From the IMG/VR virus record IMGVR_UViG_3300042339_000806: a stretch of DNA of 48,709 nucleotides. One strand, given 5' to 3'. The position numbers were made by a program, and so were the translations under genes. Below the pieces are notes generated by a model, which searched no databases, was not told the DNA's origin, and saw only the letters and a program-made list of their open reading frames with translations. Shown here piece after piece: positions 33,383 through 43,476 of this stretch (its first letter is position 1; each line of letters starts with the position of its first letter). The stretch comes from a virus (taxonomy: Duplodnaviria; Heunggongvirae; Uroviricota; Caudoviricetes).

Positions 33383-36189
33383 TGGGATTAGAAGTAGGAA
33401 CAGGCATAAGCCCAGGAATCGCAGAACAGCTCGAAGCAAGAAAAAAAGTCATAGGTAAAACAAAAGATAGAACCAATGACGACTTAATGTACATGAACAG
33501 TAAGACTGGATGGGTAAAATTATCTTCCGGTGTTAATACATTAACTGATGATGAAGTAGCTCAACTTAGAATACAGAAAGGCAGACTTACAATAAAAGGA
33601 GACGATACATTAGCAAAAGAAAATGTGCTTTTTGGAGGTATAATGAAACCAGGGGGAGGTCTACGACAAGGGATAGACACCTCAGGAAATGTAAACACAA
33701 ATAGTGCATACTTACTAAGACCTAGTATGGGATTTAGACCTATGGGAGGTATAACATCCATGACAGTAAAGTCAAAGAATACTTACGGTACCTTAAGAGA
33801 AGCAGATGTTAAATTTTCTGTATGGTCTTTAGAAGAGTTTGAAGTAATGGAAAGACTTTATCTACGACCAGGATTTACAATGCTACTTGAATGGGGACAT
33901 TCTCTTTATATTAATAATGATACTACATTAGAGAAAACAATTAAGACAATAAGCCCAGACTTATTTTTTAAGAAAGGTTTAGAAATGTCTAAAATTACAG
34001 ATGAAATAAAAAAAATAAGACAAGAGAGTGATTACAATTACGAAGGAATGATTGGGTATTGTAAAAACTTTTCTTGGAATTATAACTCAAACGGAGGGTA
34101 CGACTGTAGTGTAAGTATAATATCAACAGGAGAGATACTAGAATCAGCACCGGTAAAACTCTCCCCAGGTAATTTAATACCTAAAGATGAAATGGATTCT
34201 GCAACTAGTGATGAAGGTAAGGAACAGAGAAAAAGTATCTTCCACTACTTCTTACAAAAACTAGCATTACTAAAACAAGGTGTAGTCGGTAAAGAAACCC
34301 TTGCCAGCGAAGCACCATCATTAGCTGCCCCGCTACAAGACTTTATAGTATTTTGGGCAGCTGTTGAAATAGATGATAGTTGGCTTTGGGATACAGAGGC
34401 ACCGATGCATTGGGTACCGCTGGCACTTATCTTAGATATATACAATAATTTTGTAGCGATAAAAGATCTTACAAAAACACCGGGTACTCCAAATGCTACT
34501 ATGTGTAAGTTTAATACAGATATTAAGAAATCCACAAAGTTTATAACAGGTCCTAAGCACTTTTCACCGGATCCGTTGGTATGTGTAATACTGGCTCCAA
34601 ACGACGAAGGGTTAGGCGTACTGCCTTTTATACACGGAGCTACCCAAGGTCTGCCAGCGGAAATAACTAGTGATGTACTTAATATATATATTAACTCTCT
34701 ATACCTAAAAAGCAAGTTTGATGAAGCTTTGGATACAGATGGAAAGTTTAACAAAAGTATGTCCGATGTATTGAAGAGTATTCTAGATGGAGTATCTACA
34801 GCACTGGGAGGTATAAATGATTTTGATATAGCATACGATGATGAAGATCAAGGAGGAACTTTTTACGTAATTGATAGAAACTTAACACCAGAAACCAAAC
34901 CACCTGCAGAATTAACACTAGTAGGGGTTAACAGTATCTATAAAGAAATAAGTATTAGTAGTAAAATTAGTAACGAGACTTCCTCTCAAATTGCTATTGC
35001 TGCACAAGGGACAACACAGAACTATTCTGAAAATGTGGAGAACATGTTAAAATGGAATCCAGGTATTGTAGATAGGGTTGTAGTAACTAAAGATGTTCAA
35101 GCTAAAAATAAAGACGGAGAAGAGGCAGTAAAAGCAGATCAAGAAGAAATTCTACAGGATTGGAAAGACTCTATAAAAACATTCTTTACAGATTTTACAG
35201 GAGGAGGATATGATAAAGACGAGTTAGAAGCTGTAAAAACAGAACACGCTCACTATACTGTAGAAAACGTAACAAGAAGACCGGCTTCAGGAACAGATGC
35301 AGGACCATCTCCAATACCTGTTGAACTTACTCTAAAACTAGACGGTATTGGAGGACTTAGAATAGCATCAACCTTTAGAATATCTCCAGGACTTTTACCT
35401 GACAAGTATAACGGTAAGTTCGGATATATCATAACAGGGGTAGAACACACAATCGGTACCAATAGTGTATGGGAAACCTCAGTAACAACTCAGTTTTATT
35501 TATTAGAACAGTTAAAACAAGAAGCAAGACAACCACAAGTAATTAACCCAACACCGCCACCTTCACCAAAAGCAGTTGGAGCAGCAAATTATACACCACC
35601 AGGACCAGTACAACCAGGAGAGGACCCAGCACCTATTATTAATCCTAAGAAAGTAGGAGCAGTAGGTTATAATGCATCACCACTTGTTGCAAACTCAAAA
35701 ACAAATGGAGGACAGAATGGTTTACTAAGTCAAACAAATCCTAAACTACTTGTATTTATAGGGGAAACTAGCGGAGCAAGTACTTATTACAAAAACCCTG
35801 CTACAAAAGCACCAGAATACATGTTACATCCAGCAGCTGCTAAAGCATGGAAAGCCTGGAAAGCAGATATGAAAGCTGCAGGAATTTCCTACAGAATGTC
35901 CAGTGCATATAGAAGTAAGGTACACCAAGGAGGATTAAAACCAGGCAGCACTGTAGCAAGCCCAGGATCATCACCACATGGATGGGGAGGAGCATTAGAC
36001 TTTGGAAACCTTCATGGAATTGTGAATGGAAGCGGTGATCCAAAGAGAAATCAAGAAGGAAGAAAAACTCCTATCTATAAACAAATGGCAACACTGGGTG
36101 CTAAACACGGATGGTATAATCCTTGGAGATTATCAGACGTATCAGGTACAGATGAATTATGGCATTTTGAATACTGGGGACCAGCTTAA
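33382..36189 (+). CDS. Baseplate hub protein with C-terminal M15-family (VanY-like) peptidase
   Basis: Hub-like N-terminus (RPMGGITSMTVK, LYLRPGFTMLLEWG); C-terminal SSAYRS...SPHGWGGALDF...ELWHFEY zinc-peptidase motifs. Confidence 0.75.
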   Translation: MGLEVGTGISPGIAEQLEARKKVIGKTKDRTNDDLMYMNSKTGWVKLSSGVNTLTDDEVAQLRIQKGRLTIKGDDTLAKENVLFGGIMKPGGGLRQGIDTSGNVNTNSAYLLRPSMGFRPMGGITSMTVKSKNTYGTLREADVKFSVWSLEEFEVMERLYLRPGFTMLLEWGHSLYINNDTTLEKTIKTISPDLFFKKGLEMSKITDEIKKIRQESDYNYEGMIGYCKNFSWNYNSNGGYDCSVSIISTGEILESAPVKLSPGNLIPKDEMDSATSDEGKEQRKSIFHYFLQKLALLKQGVVGKETLASEAPSLAAPLQDFIVFWAAVEIDDSWLWDTEAPMHWVPLALILDIYNNFVAIKDLTKTPGTPNATMCKFNTDIKKSTKFITGPKHFSPDPLVCVILAPNDEGLGVLPFIHGATQGLPAEITSDVLNIYINSLYLKSKFDEALDTDGKFNKSMSDVLKSILDGVSTALGGINDFDIAYDDEDQGGTFYVIDRNLTPETKPPAELTLVGVNSIYKEISISSKISNETSSQIAIAAQGTTQNYSENVENMLKWNPGIVDRVVVTKDVQAKNKDGEEAVKADQEEILQDWKDSIKTFFTDFTGGGYDKDELEAVKTEHAHYTVENVTRRPASGTDAGPSPIPVELTLKLDGIGGLRIASTFRISPGLLPDKYNGKFGYIITGVEHTIGTNSVWETSVTTQFYLLEQLKQEARQPQVINPTPPPSPKAVGAANYTPPGPVQPGEDPAPIINPKKVGAVGYNASPLVANSKTNGGQNGLLSQTNPKLLVFIGETSGASTYYKNPATKAPEYMLHPAAAKAWKAWKADMKAAGISYRMSSAYRSKVHQGGLKPGSTVASPGSSPHGWGGALDFGNLHGIVNGSGDPKRNQEGRKTPIYKQMATLGAKHGWYNPWRLSDVSGTDELWHFEYWGPA

Positions 36190-36201
36190 TAATATACCAC
36201 A

Positions 36202-37176
36202 ATGGCAAACATAGAAGTAAAAAGCTTTACATACAGAACATACCTTGAAGGTATGGACCCTGTTATAGAGGTGTACGCAGATGGGGCATTTGTAAGAAAA
36301 GAAGTATGGTCAGGAGTAAATTTTAATATAGATTCCGCAAAAGGACATGTTTCTAGAACAGTAGAAAATTTTGGAGCATTAGGAAAAGGTAATGTAAATT
36401 TTTATAAATTAGCACCACCACCACCTCCGCCTCCAACACCGGAAATAGTACCACCACCACCACCACCGGAGCCACCACCAGCACCGGATAGAAAAAAGAA
36501 AGGATCTTGGTACTTACCAAAATCTAGATATAGAAAACCTAAATCAACTAACGGAGGAGAATTTGTTATTAAATCTACAAAAGAACCATACACAGGGAGT
36601 TATATAGAGACTTTCAAGAAAAAATACTATGCAGGGAGCTCTCCAGAGCAAATGGGTGAGGAGTTAGAAAAGGTAAGAGATAGAGGAGATTTTGACTTAT
36701 TGGGGGAAGCTTTTGCAACCCTAAGTCCATTACTACTCAAGGCACTGAAAGGAGGAGTAATTAGAAAAAAACCAACCACAAGTGAAGTAGTATTAGGAGA
36801 GGTAAAAAGATACTTTACACAAGATCCGGTAACAAATAAAATTGTAGAATTAACAAAACCGGATTATGTAGAGCTTAAAAAACAATTACCAAATAGGAAA
36901 TATGCAGAAGTGAATTGGAAGATACAAGGTCCTGCAGAAGATATAATGTTTGGAAATTATAAATACGAAGGAGCAGCAACTAAGAATCTAAATACTATAG
37001 TAGCACTGGAAAAACAAATGCCAGGAATTACTAGAGTTGTAAGAGACTTTGCATACCTTGTACCGCCAACACGTCCAAGTCAACTATTCATACCAGACAC
37101 ACTTTCAGCAACAGTAAAAGATCCTCTGATAGAATTAGAAAATTACCGAAAAGCAAATTTCGATACAAAAGAATAA
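36202..37176 (+). CDS. Hypothetical protein with poly-Pro linker, probably baseplate-associated
   Basis: 324 aa; PPPPPPPTPEIVPPPPPPEPPPAP linker; last gene before a terminator. Confidence 0.75.
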   Translation: MANIEVKSFTYRTYLEGMDPVIEVYADGAFVRKEVWSGVNFNIDSAKGHVSRTVENFGALGKGNVNFYKLAPPPPPPPTPEIVPPPPPPEPPPAPDRKKKGSWYLPKSRYRKPKSTNGGEFVIKSTKEPYTGSYIETFKKKYYAGSSPEQMGEELEKVRDRGDFDLLGEAFATLSPLLLKALKGGVIRKKPTTSEVVLGEVKRYFTQDPVTNKIVELTKPDYVELKKQLPNRKYAEVNWKIQGPAEDIMFGNYKYEGAATKNLNTIVALEKQMPGITRVVRDFAYLVPPTRPSQLFIPDTLSATVKDPLIELENYRKANFDTKE

Positions 37177-37180
37177 AAAT

Positions 37181-37206
37181 AAGGCTTGCTTTTGCAGGCC
37201 TTTTTT
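37181..37206 (+). terminator. Terminator ending the tail module
   Basis: AAGGCTTGC-tttt-GCAGGCCTT plus T-run. Confidence 0.8.
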
Positions 37207-37216
37207 CTTATATTAA
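37186..37216 (+). promoter_or_regulatory. TTG-N20-TATATTAA promoter for the polymerase gene, embedded in the terminator
   Basis: TTG 37186-37188; TATATTAA 37209-37216. Confidence 0.55.
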
Positions 37217-37233
37217 AGAAAAGGTTATAGAAA

Positions 37234-38559
37234 ATGTTTTATATAGTAGAGACAGAGGAGCAAATACAGCTTCTAAAAAATTTAGGAAGGAAAGGAGGGT
37301 ATGTAGAAGTCATTTCTTCAAATGATAACTACCATCCACTTCTTACAACTACTGTAGCAATCTACTTAAGACCCTTAGATCATCCAGAAGGATACATTAT
37401 TCCAATAAGCCATGACGAAGGATTAAACTTATCAAAAGATTGTGTCTCTGACATACTAAAAGAATACACAACCCTTTATACGTTTGATAAGAAAGAATTG
37501 ATGTACCACTTTATATTAAAGGATGTTATAGATCTTTCCCTACTTTATTCAATGACTTCTTACAATAGACTTGAACTTCCAAGATCTAATTCAACTTGCA
37601 ATTGGTATTACAATCGCTTTCATGATTTTAAAGAAATAAATGCTATAATTCCAATATCAAAGCTATTTGAAAAATGTGAGGAGAATTATAAGTCATTACA
37701 AAAGATATTGCAGATTGCAATACCCAATGGCTTTGATTTCTATAATAAAACTGCAACGTCTGTTTTCTTTATGATTGAGAGAGCTGGACTGAGAATAACC
37801 TATCAATCTTTTCTAGAATTGTTTAAACCAAACAATCCTGTATATAGTATTGATAACAATATTATATATACTTCGTATAATTTATATAATACAACTTCTC
37901 GTCCAACAAATGCTTTTAATTCAGTAAATTTTGCTGCAATACCAAAAGCACCTGAATTTAGAAAAGCAATTATTCCTCAGAACGATGTATTTGTAGAAAT
38001 GGACTTTGATGGATATCATTTAAGACTATTATGCGAACAAATAGGTTATGAATTAACAGATGAATCCGCACACGTTCAATTGGCTAGACTGTACTTCGGT
38101 AAAGATGAAATAGCTGAAGATGAATATGCGAAAGCAAAACAAATTAACTTCCATGCCATTTACGGAAAGATTCCACCTGAGTATGCTTTCTTAGAAATCT
38201 TCGATAAGATTCAGAATTATATAAACGGTCTTTGGAAGCAATTTAAAGAACAAGGATATGTAGAAGATCCAATATCAGGAAAAAGATTTACACAAGATCT
38301 TCCAGAGATGCATCCGCAGAAGCTTATGAACTATATGATGCAGAGCTTGGAAACCTCAAGAAATATTCTTATATTAAAAGATGTGCTTATGTTTCTTCAA
38401 GATAAGAAGAGCAGTTTAGCACTCTATACTTATGATGCTTTTGTATTTGACTTTGATAAATCAGACAGCAAGGAAACACTAGAATCTTTAGAAAAAATAA
38501 TGAACCAGGGAGGAAAATACCCTATAAAGTTCAAATACAGTAGTAACTTAGTTTTATAA
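37234..38559 (+). CDS. Compact family A DNA polymerase
   Basis: TSRPTNAFNSVNFAAIP, motif A FVEMDFDGYHLRLL, motif B AKQINFHAIYG, motif C LYTYDAFVFD; only 441 aa. Confidence 0.8.
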   Translation: MFYIVETEEQIQLLKNLGRKGGYVEVISSNDNYHPLLTTTVAIYLRPLDHPEGYIIPISHDEGLNLSKDCVSDILKEYTTLYTFDKKELMYHFILKDVIDLSLLYSMTSYNRLELPRSNSTCNWYYNRFHDFKEINAIIPISKLFEKCEENYKSLQKILQIAIPNGFDFYNKTATSVFFMIERAGLRITYQSFLELFKPNNPVYSIDNNIIYTSYNLYNTTSRPTNAFNSVNFAAIPKAPEFRKAIIPQNDVFVEMDFDGYHLRLLCEQIGYELTDESAHVQLARLYFGKDEIAEDEYAKAKQINFHAIYGKIPPEYAFLEIFDKIQNYINGLWKQFKEQGYVEDPISGKRFTQDLPEMHPQKLMNYMMQSLETSRNILILKDVLMFLQDKKSSLALYTYDAFVFDFDKSDSKETLESLEKIMNQGGKYPIKFKYSSNLVL

Positions 38560-38569
38560 AATAAAAACC

Positions 38570-38577
38570 TATTTATA
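38570..38577 (+). promoter_or_regulatory. TATTTATA motif
   Basis: Exact copy, 1 nt before ATG 38579 and 70 nt before alternative ATG 38648. Confidence 0.45.
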
Positions 38578-38578
38578 A

Positions 38579-39034
38579 ATGATACAAAATAATGTAGCGC
38601 CAACAATATTCGATTATGACATCGAGTATAATTTTAATGCAGCCGACATGAGCAATAAGTTATTTTGTACTTTTTCTTCTGAACAACAACTAGAAGGTAT
38701 ATTAAGTACAATACAGACCAAATACAAGATCATTTATAACAAAATTTTCGTTCTTTATTCAAAGAGCCAAGATGAATATATCTGTACATATAATGTAGAA
38801 TTTGGAAACGTTTCTAATTTCTTAGAAAATACTATCTTAGTACATAGAAAAAAAGAATCAAACACCCTATACACAATCAATTCACTAAATCGTCTAATAG
38901 AGTCTTTAAACGGAGGAGTATTAGATACAAGCTTTAAAGTAGATTGGAATGACTATCAAAACTGCATACTATTAACAAAAGGTGCAGAACTAAAAAGAGT
39001 CAACACAAAATTATTTAGAATTATAGAACTATAG
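38579..39034 (+). CDS. Hypothetical protein (start may be ATG 38648, MSNKLFCTF)
   Basis: 151-aa ORF between the polymerase and SSB genes. Confidence 0.75.
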   Translation: MIQNNVAPTIFDYDIEYNFNAADMSNKLFCTFSSEQQLEGILSTIQTKYKIIYNKIFVLYSKSQDEYICTYNVEFGNVSNFLENTILVHRKKESNTLYTINSLNRLIESLNGGVLDTSFKVDWNDYQNCILLTKGAELKRVNTKLFRIIEL

Positions 39035-39065
39035 TTGGAATATCCAATTATATTTCTTATATTAT
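39035..39065 (+). promoter_or_regulatory. TTG-N20-TATATTAT promoter for SSB/recombination genes
   Basis: TTG 39035-39037; TATATTAT 39058-39065. Confidence 0.6.
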
Positions 39066-39100
39066 ATAGATAAAAGTTTTAATTAAAAATCAGTTACATT

Positions 39101-39952
39101 ATGGACATTAATGCTATCAAAGCTAAACTGGCCGCTTTAAACAGCACCGGAAATCAAGACCGTGAAAAAGTAGACTTCGACAAAATCTATTGGAGACCTG
39201 CAAACGGAAAATCAACAATTAGAATCGTTCCTTCAGCTTTTAATGCTGCAGATCCTTTCACAGAATTGAAACTGCACTACAACATTGGGAAGTTCCCTAT
39301 GATGTCATTGTCGAATTACGGCAAACAAGATCCAATCGAAGAATTTGTAAAAGAGTTAAGAAAGACTTCTGATAAAGACAACTGGTCATTATCTGGAAAG
39401 TTATCTCCTAAGTCAAGATTTTTTGCTCCTGTTATTGTAAGAGGTGAAGAAGAAAAAGGAGTTCGTCTTTGGTCATTCGGAGTAAACATCTACAAAGCAT
39501 TACTTGCTTTAGCAGAAGATGAAGACATTGGAGATTTTACAGACGTAATGAGCGGATGGGATATGGTTGTAGAAAATACACCAGCAGCAGGACCAGGTCA
39601 ATTCCCAACAACTACAGTTCGTATTAAACCTAAACAAACAACATTGTCAGATGATAATACTAAAGTTGACTTGTGGTTAAAAGAACAACCAAATGCTTTA
39701 GAAGTACAAACTCAGTACGACTACGAATACATCAAGAAAAAATTACAAGAGTACCTTAACCCAGGAGAAGAAGTTGCTACACCAGCAAACATTCCAGCAG
39801 AATCAATTGCACCAGCAACTCCGGTTGCAGTAGTGGCAGAAGAAACTGATCTATCAGCAACTTTAGGAAATCATAAAACAGATTTCACTTTAGAGACTGC
39901 AGTAGAGGGTAACAAAAGTACAGTAAATAAATTTGACGAATTATTTAACTAA
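39101..39952 (+). CDS. Single-stranded DNA-binding protein (T4 gp32-like)
   Basis: YWRPANGKSTIRIVP, DPIEEF, GVRLWSFGVNIYKALL, FTDVMSGWDMVV, acidic tail ending FDELFN. Confidence 0.8.
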   Translation: MDINAIKAKLAALNSTGNQDREKVDFDKIYWRPANGKSTIRIVPSAFNAADPFTELKLHYNIGKFPMMSLSNYGKQDPIEEFVKELRKTSDKDNWSLSGKLSPKSRFFAPVIVRGEEEKGVRLWSFGVNIYKALLALAEDEDIGDFTDVMSGWDMVVENTPAAGPGQFPTTTVRIKPKQTTLSDDNTKVDLWLKEQPNALEVQTQYDYEYIKKKLQEYLNPGEEVATPANIPAESIAPATPVAVVAEETDLSATLGNHKTDFTLETAVEGNKSTVNKFDELFN

Positions 39953-39954
39953 TA

Positions 39955-41034
39955 ATGGCAGTTAAAAAAACAGCCCCTAAAACCGCTAGCGAGATAATCA
40001 AAGGCGGTTTCAGTCTTGATAACTTTAAGAAAAACAAAGGATTTAGTAATTCTTCTGTAAAATTTAAAGAACAAGACTGGATTAAAGTCTCAGATGCTTT
40101 TACTGAAGTAACATCTCTCAAAGGAATTCCTATGGGACATATTACTCTCTTAAGAGGACATTCTGATACAGGTAAAACTACTCTATTACTAGAAGCAGCC
40201 GTTGAAGCACAAAAGCAACAGATACTTCCAGTATTCATTATTACTGAGATGAAATGGTCATGGCCTCATGCTCAAATGATGGGTCTTCAAGTTGAAGAAG
40301 TAGTTGATCAAGAGACAGGAGAAATAACTGACTACAAAGGATTTTTCTTATACGCAGATAGAGGAACTCTAAACACGATAGAAGACGTAGCAGTTTACAT
40401 ATTAGACTTAATCGATGAACAGAAGAAAGGAAATCTTCCTTATGATCTACTATTCTTATGGGATTCAGTTGGATCAGTTCCAAGTGATTTATCAGTAAGG
40501 TCGAATAAGAATAATAATGAATGGAATGCCGGAGCAATGTCTACTCAATTTGGAAATAACGTAAATCAAAAGATTATGTTATCAAGAAAAGAAGCAAGTA
40601 AGTATACAAATACTCTAGTAGCAATTAACAAAGTCTGGACTGCAAAACCTGAACATCCAATGGGTCAACCTCGATTGGAGAATAAAGGAGGAAAGACAAT
40701 GTGGTATGACGCAACAGTCATCATTACATTTGGAAACATTACCAACTCAGGTACTTCTAAAATTAAAGCTGTAAACAAAGGAAAGGAATATGAATTTGCT
40801 AAAAGAACAAAAGTTCAGATAGAGAAGAATCATATCGATGGAGTACAGTCAAGAGGAGCTATCATTATGACAAGTCATGGATTTATTGCAGACGATAAGA
40901 AAGCAATTGATGCATATAAAGACGCACATAAAGGATCTTGGGCTAATACTTTAGGGTCAACAGACTTTACAGTAACAATAGAAGCCGAAGTAGGAGAAGA
41001 TGTAAGAACCGATATGGAAATGCTCGATGAGTAA
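39955..41034 (+). CDS. uvsX: RecA/UvsX-like recombinase
   Basis: Walker A GHSDTGKTT, Walker B FLWDSVGS, GGKTMWYDA, KVQIEKNH. Confidence 0.85.
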   Translation: MAVKKTAPKTASEIIKGGFSLDNFKKNKGFSNSSVKFKEQDWIKVSDAFTEVTSLKGIPMGHITLLRGHSDTGKTTLLLEAAVEAQKQQILPVFIITEMKWSWPHAQMMGLQVEEVVDQETGEITDYKGFFLYADRGTLNTIEDVAVYILDLIDEQKKGNLPYDLLFLWDSVGSVPSDLSVRSNKNNNEWNAGAMSTQFGNNVNQKIMLSRKEASKYTNTLVAINKVWTAKPEHPMGQPRLENKGGKTMWYDATVIITFGNITNSGTSKIKAVNKGKEYEFAKRTKVQIEKNHIDGVQSRGAIIMTSHGFIADDKKAIDAYKDAHKGSWANTLGSTDFTVTIEAEVGEDVRTDMEMLDE

Positions 41035-42049
41035 TTATTTAGACATCCTAAATAAAATCGAAAAAAAACCAGACAGGAAACTAAACGACCATGTTTTGAT
41101 TGTAGATAGTATGAATACCTTTATAAGGTCTTTTGCAATGCTACAGTCTATGAATCCACAAGGCCATCACACTGGTGGTCTTGTTGGTTTTTTAAGGTCA
41201 CTGGGTTTTCTAAATAGAACAATTGACCCTACTAGAATCATTTGCGTATTTGACGGACAAGCTTCCTCTTCAAGTAGAAAGAGTATTGATCCTGAATACA
41301 AAGCAAATAGAAATATTAAGAGGATTACCAATTGGGAAATATTCGATGATAAAGATGATGAATTCCAGAGCATGACAATGCAAATGGGACGATTGGTTGA
41401 GTACCTACAATGTTTACCTCTTACTCTAATCTCTATTGATAAGATAGAAGCAGATGATACTATATCCTATCTAGCTCAGAAATTTGGAGCTAATGGTAAA
41501 AAGGTAACAATTGTTTCTTCTGATAAAGATTTTTTACAGATAGTGGACGAAAATATAGAAGTTTATTCCCCTATTAAGAAAAAAACCTATGGAAAAAAAG
41601 AGGTACAGGAAGAAGTAGGAGTACTTCCTGCGAATTATTTAATCATGAAAGCACTTCTAGGAGATAACTCAGACAACCTGACAGGTATAAAAGGGTTAGG
41701 ACCTAAGACATTACTAAAAGAATTTCCAGGACTAGTAAAGCATCCTTTATTTGAATTAAAAGATATTCATAAAATTTGTACAGAAAAATTACAGACTAAG
41801 AAAATATTTGCACAAATACTGTATGATTGGAATAAAGTAAAAACTAACTATGAATTAATGAATCTTTTAGAGCCAAGGTTGGGAGATTACGAAATAGTTC
41901 ATATATTAGATAAGATAAGAGAGCCAATACCTGCTCTACAGGTTGTTACTTTTTTAAACATGTTAGAGGCGGATCAAATCGAAGCTCTAAACAAAAACGT
42001 TGAAGGATGGCTTGAAATATTTAGACCGCTTTCAACATATAAAAAATAA
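41027..42049 (+). CDS. 5'-3' exonuclease / flap endonuclease (T4 RNase H, Pol I N-terminal family)
   Basis: LIVDSMN, VFDG, YKANR, EADDTI, IVSSDKDFLQ, LLGDNSDNLTGIKGLGPKT. Confidence 0.9.
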   Translation: MSNYLDILNKIEKKPDRKLNDHVLIVDSMNTFIRSFAMLQSMNPQGHHTGGLVGFLRSLGFLNRTIDPTRIICVFDGQASSSSRKSIDPEYKANRNIKRITNWEIFDDKDDEFQSMTMQMGRLVEYLQCLPLTLISIDKIEADDTISYLAQKFGANGKKVTIVSSDKDFLQIVDENIEVYSPIKKKTYGKKEVQEEVGVLPANYLIMKALLGDNSDNLTGIKGLGPKTLLKEFPGLVKHPLFELKDIHKICTEKLQTKKIFAQILYDWNKVKTNYELMNLLEPRLGDYEIVHILDKIREPIPALQVVTFLNMLEADQIEALNKNVEGWLEIFRPLSTYKK

Positions 42050-42069
42050 GTTATAATAAAATAAGTTAC

Positions 42070-43422
42070 ATGACATCATTAGCAAAATTATCTTCTTACG
42101 GAAAAGGGTTCCAATTAAAAGTATTGGGAGCATTATTAACAGACAAAAAATTCTTGCTTAACACAAGAGATTTATTACGACCAGATTATTTTGATTCAGA
42201 TGCTCACAAATGGATTCTAGAAACTACTATTAAGTATTATGATAAGTATCATACTACAATTTCTTTAGAGGCATTAAAAATCGAATTACAGAAAGTAGAG
42301 AATGATATTCTACAAGTAGCAGTTAAATCAGAATTGAGAAATTGTTATGAAGCAACTCAGGAAGATTTAGCATACGTTGTAGAAGAATTTACTACCTTTG
42401 CCAAGAACCAAGAACTTAAAGCAGCATTATTAAACTCAGCAGATCTTTTAAACCAAGGAGACTTTGATGGAATCAGAGGATTGATTGAAAGAGCTATGAG
42501 AGCTGGTATGGATAAGAATATGGGTCATGAGTATAATAAGGATGTAGAGAGCCGTTATAGAGAGAACTACAGACCAACTATTCCAACACCTTGGCCGATT
42601 ATGAATGAGACTATTGGAGGAGGATTCGGACCTGGAGATTTAATTATTATGTTTGGTAACCCTGGAGGAGGAAAGTCTTGGACGATGGTTGCAGCAGCAG
42701 CACATGCAGTACTAATGGGTTATAATGTAAATTACTATACTTTAGAACTTGGAGAGGATTATGTAGGTAAACGCTTTGACTGCTACTTTACAGGTTACGG
42801 AATTGAAGAAGTAAATAAGCATAGAGGAGAAGTAGAAAAAATTGTAGGTAAGTTAAAAGGAAAACTTATCGTAAAGGAATATCCACCAAAAGGAGCTTCA
42901 ATTAATACAATTAAATCTCATATTCAGAAATGTATGGATATGGATCACAAACCAGATATGATTGTTATTGACTATGTCGATTATTTAAAAGCACCTTCGA
43001 AATCTCGTTTCACAGAGAGAAAAGATGAAATAGATGACGTATTCATTGCAACGAAAGGATTAGCTAAGGAACTTCAAATACCTATTCTAACACCATCTCA
43101 AGTTAATAGAATGGGTGCTAAGGATTCTGTTATTGAAGGAGACAAAGCAGCAGGTTCTTACGACAAGATGATGGTAGCAGATGTTTGTTTATCTCTATCG
43201 AGAATGAAAGAAGATAAAGTTTTAGGAACAGGAAGAATTCACGTAATGAAGAACAGATATGGAATGGACGGTATGACTTGGGATGCTAAAGTTGATACAA
43301 ATAATGGACATATTGAGATCTTAGGGCACATGTTAATCGACGAATCAGGTGACAAACCAAGAGGGAGTTACAAAGATATTGCCAATAAGTTCTTCGAATT
43401 AGAATCTCAAGTTCCAGGATAA
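42070..43422 (+). CDS. DnaB-like replicative helicase (T4 gp41-like)
   Basis: Walker A GNPGGGKS, YYTLEL, VIDYVDYL, ILTPSQVNR, VMKNRYG. Confidence 0.9.
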   Translation: MTSLAKLSSYGKGFQLKVLGALLTDKKFLLNTRDLLRPDYFDSDAHKWILETTIKYYDKYHTTISLEALKIELQKVENDILQVAVKSELRNCYEATQEDLAYVVEEFTTFAKNQELKAALLNSADLLNQGDFDGIRGLIERAMRAGMDKNMGHEYNKDVESRYRENYRPTIPTPWPIMNETIGGGFGPGDLIIMFGNPGGGKSWTMVAAAAHAVLMGYNVNYYTLELGEDYVGKRFDCYFTGYGIEEVNKHRGEVEKIVGKLKGKLIVKEYPPKGASINTIKSHIQKCMDMDHKPDMIVIDYVDYLKAPSKSRFTERKDEIDDVFIATKGLAKELQIPILTPSQVNRMGAKDSVIEGDKAAGSYDKMMVADVCLSLSRMKEDKVLGTGRIHVMKNRYGMDGMTWDAKVDTNNGHIEILGHMLIDESGDKPRGSYKDIANKFFELESQVPG

Positions 43423-43427
43423 AAGCC

Positions 43428-43435
43428 TATTTATT
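43428..43435 (+). promoter_or_regulatory. TATTTATT variant motif before nrdB
   Basis: Intergenic; TATTTAT core (43428-43434) ends 42 nt before ATG 43477. Confidence 0.35.
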
Positions 43436-43476
43436 TCTACAGCCATAATCTATAACAAATATTAAAAAAAGCCGAT

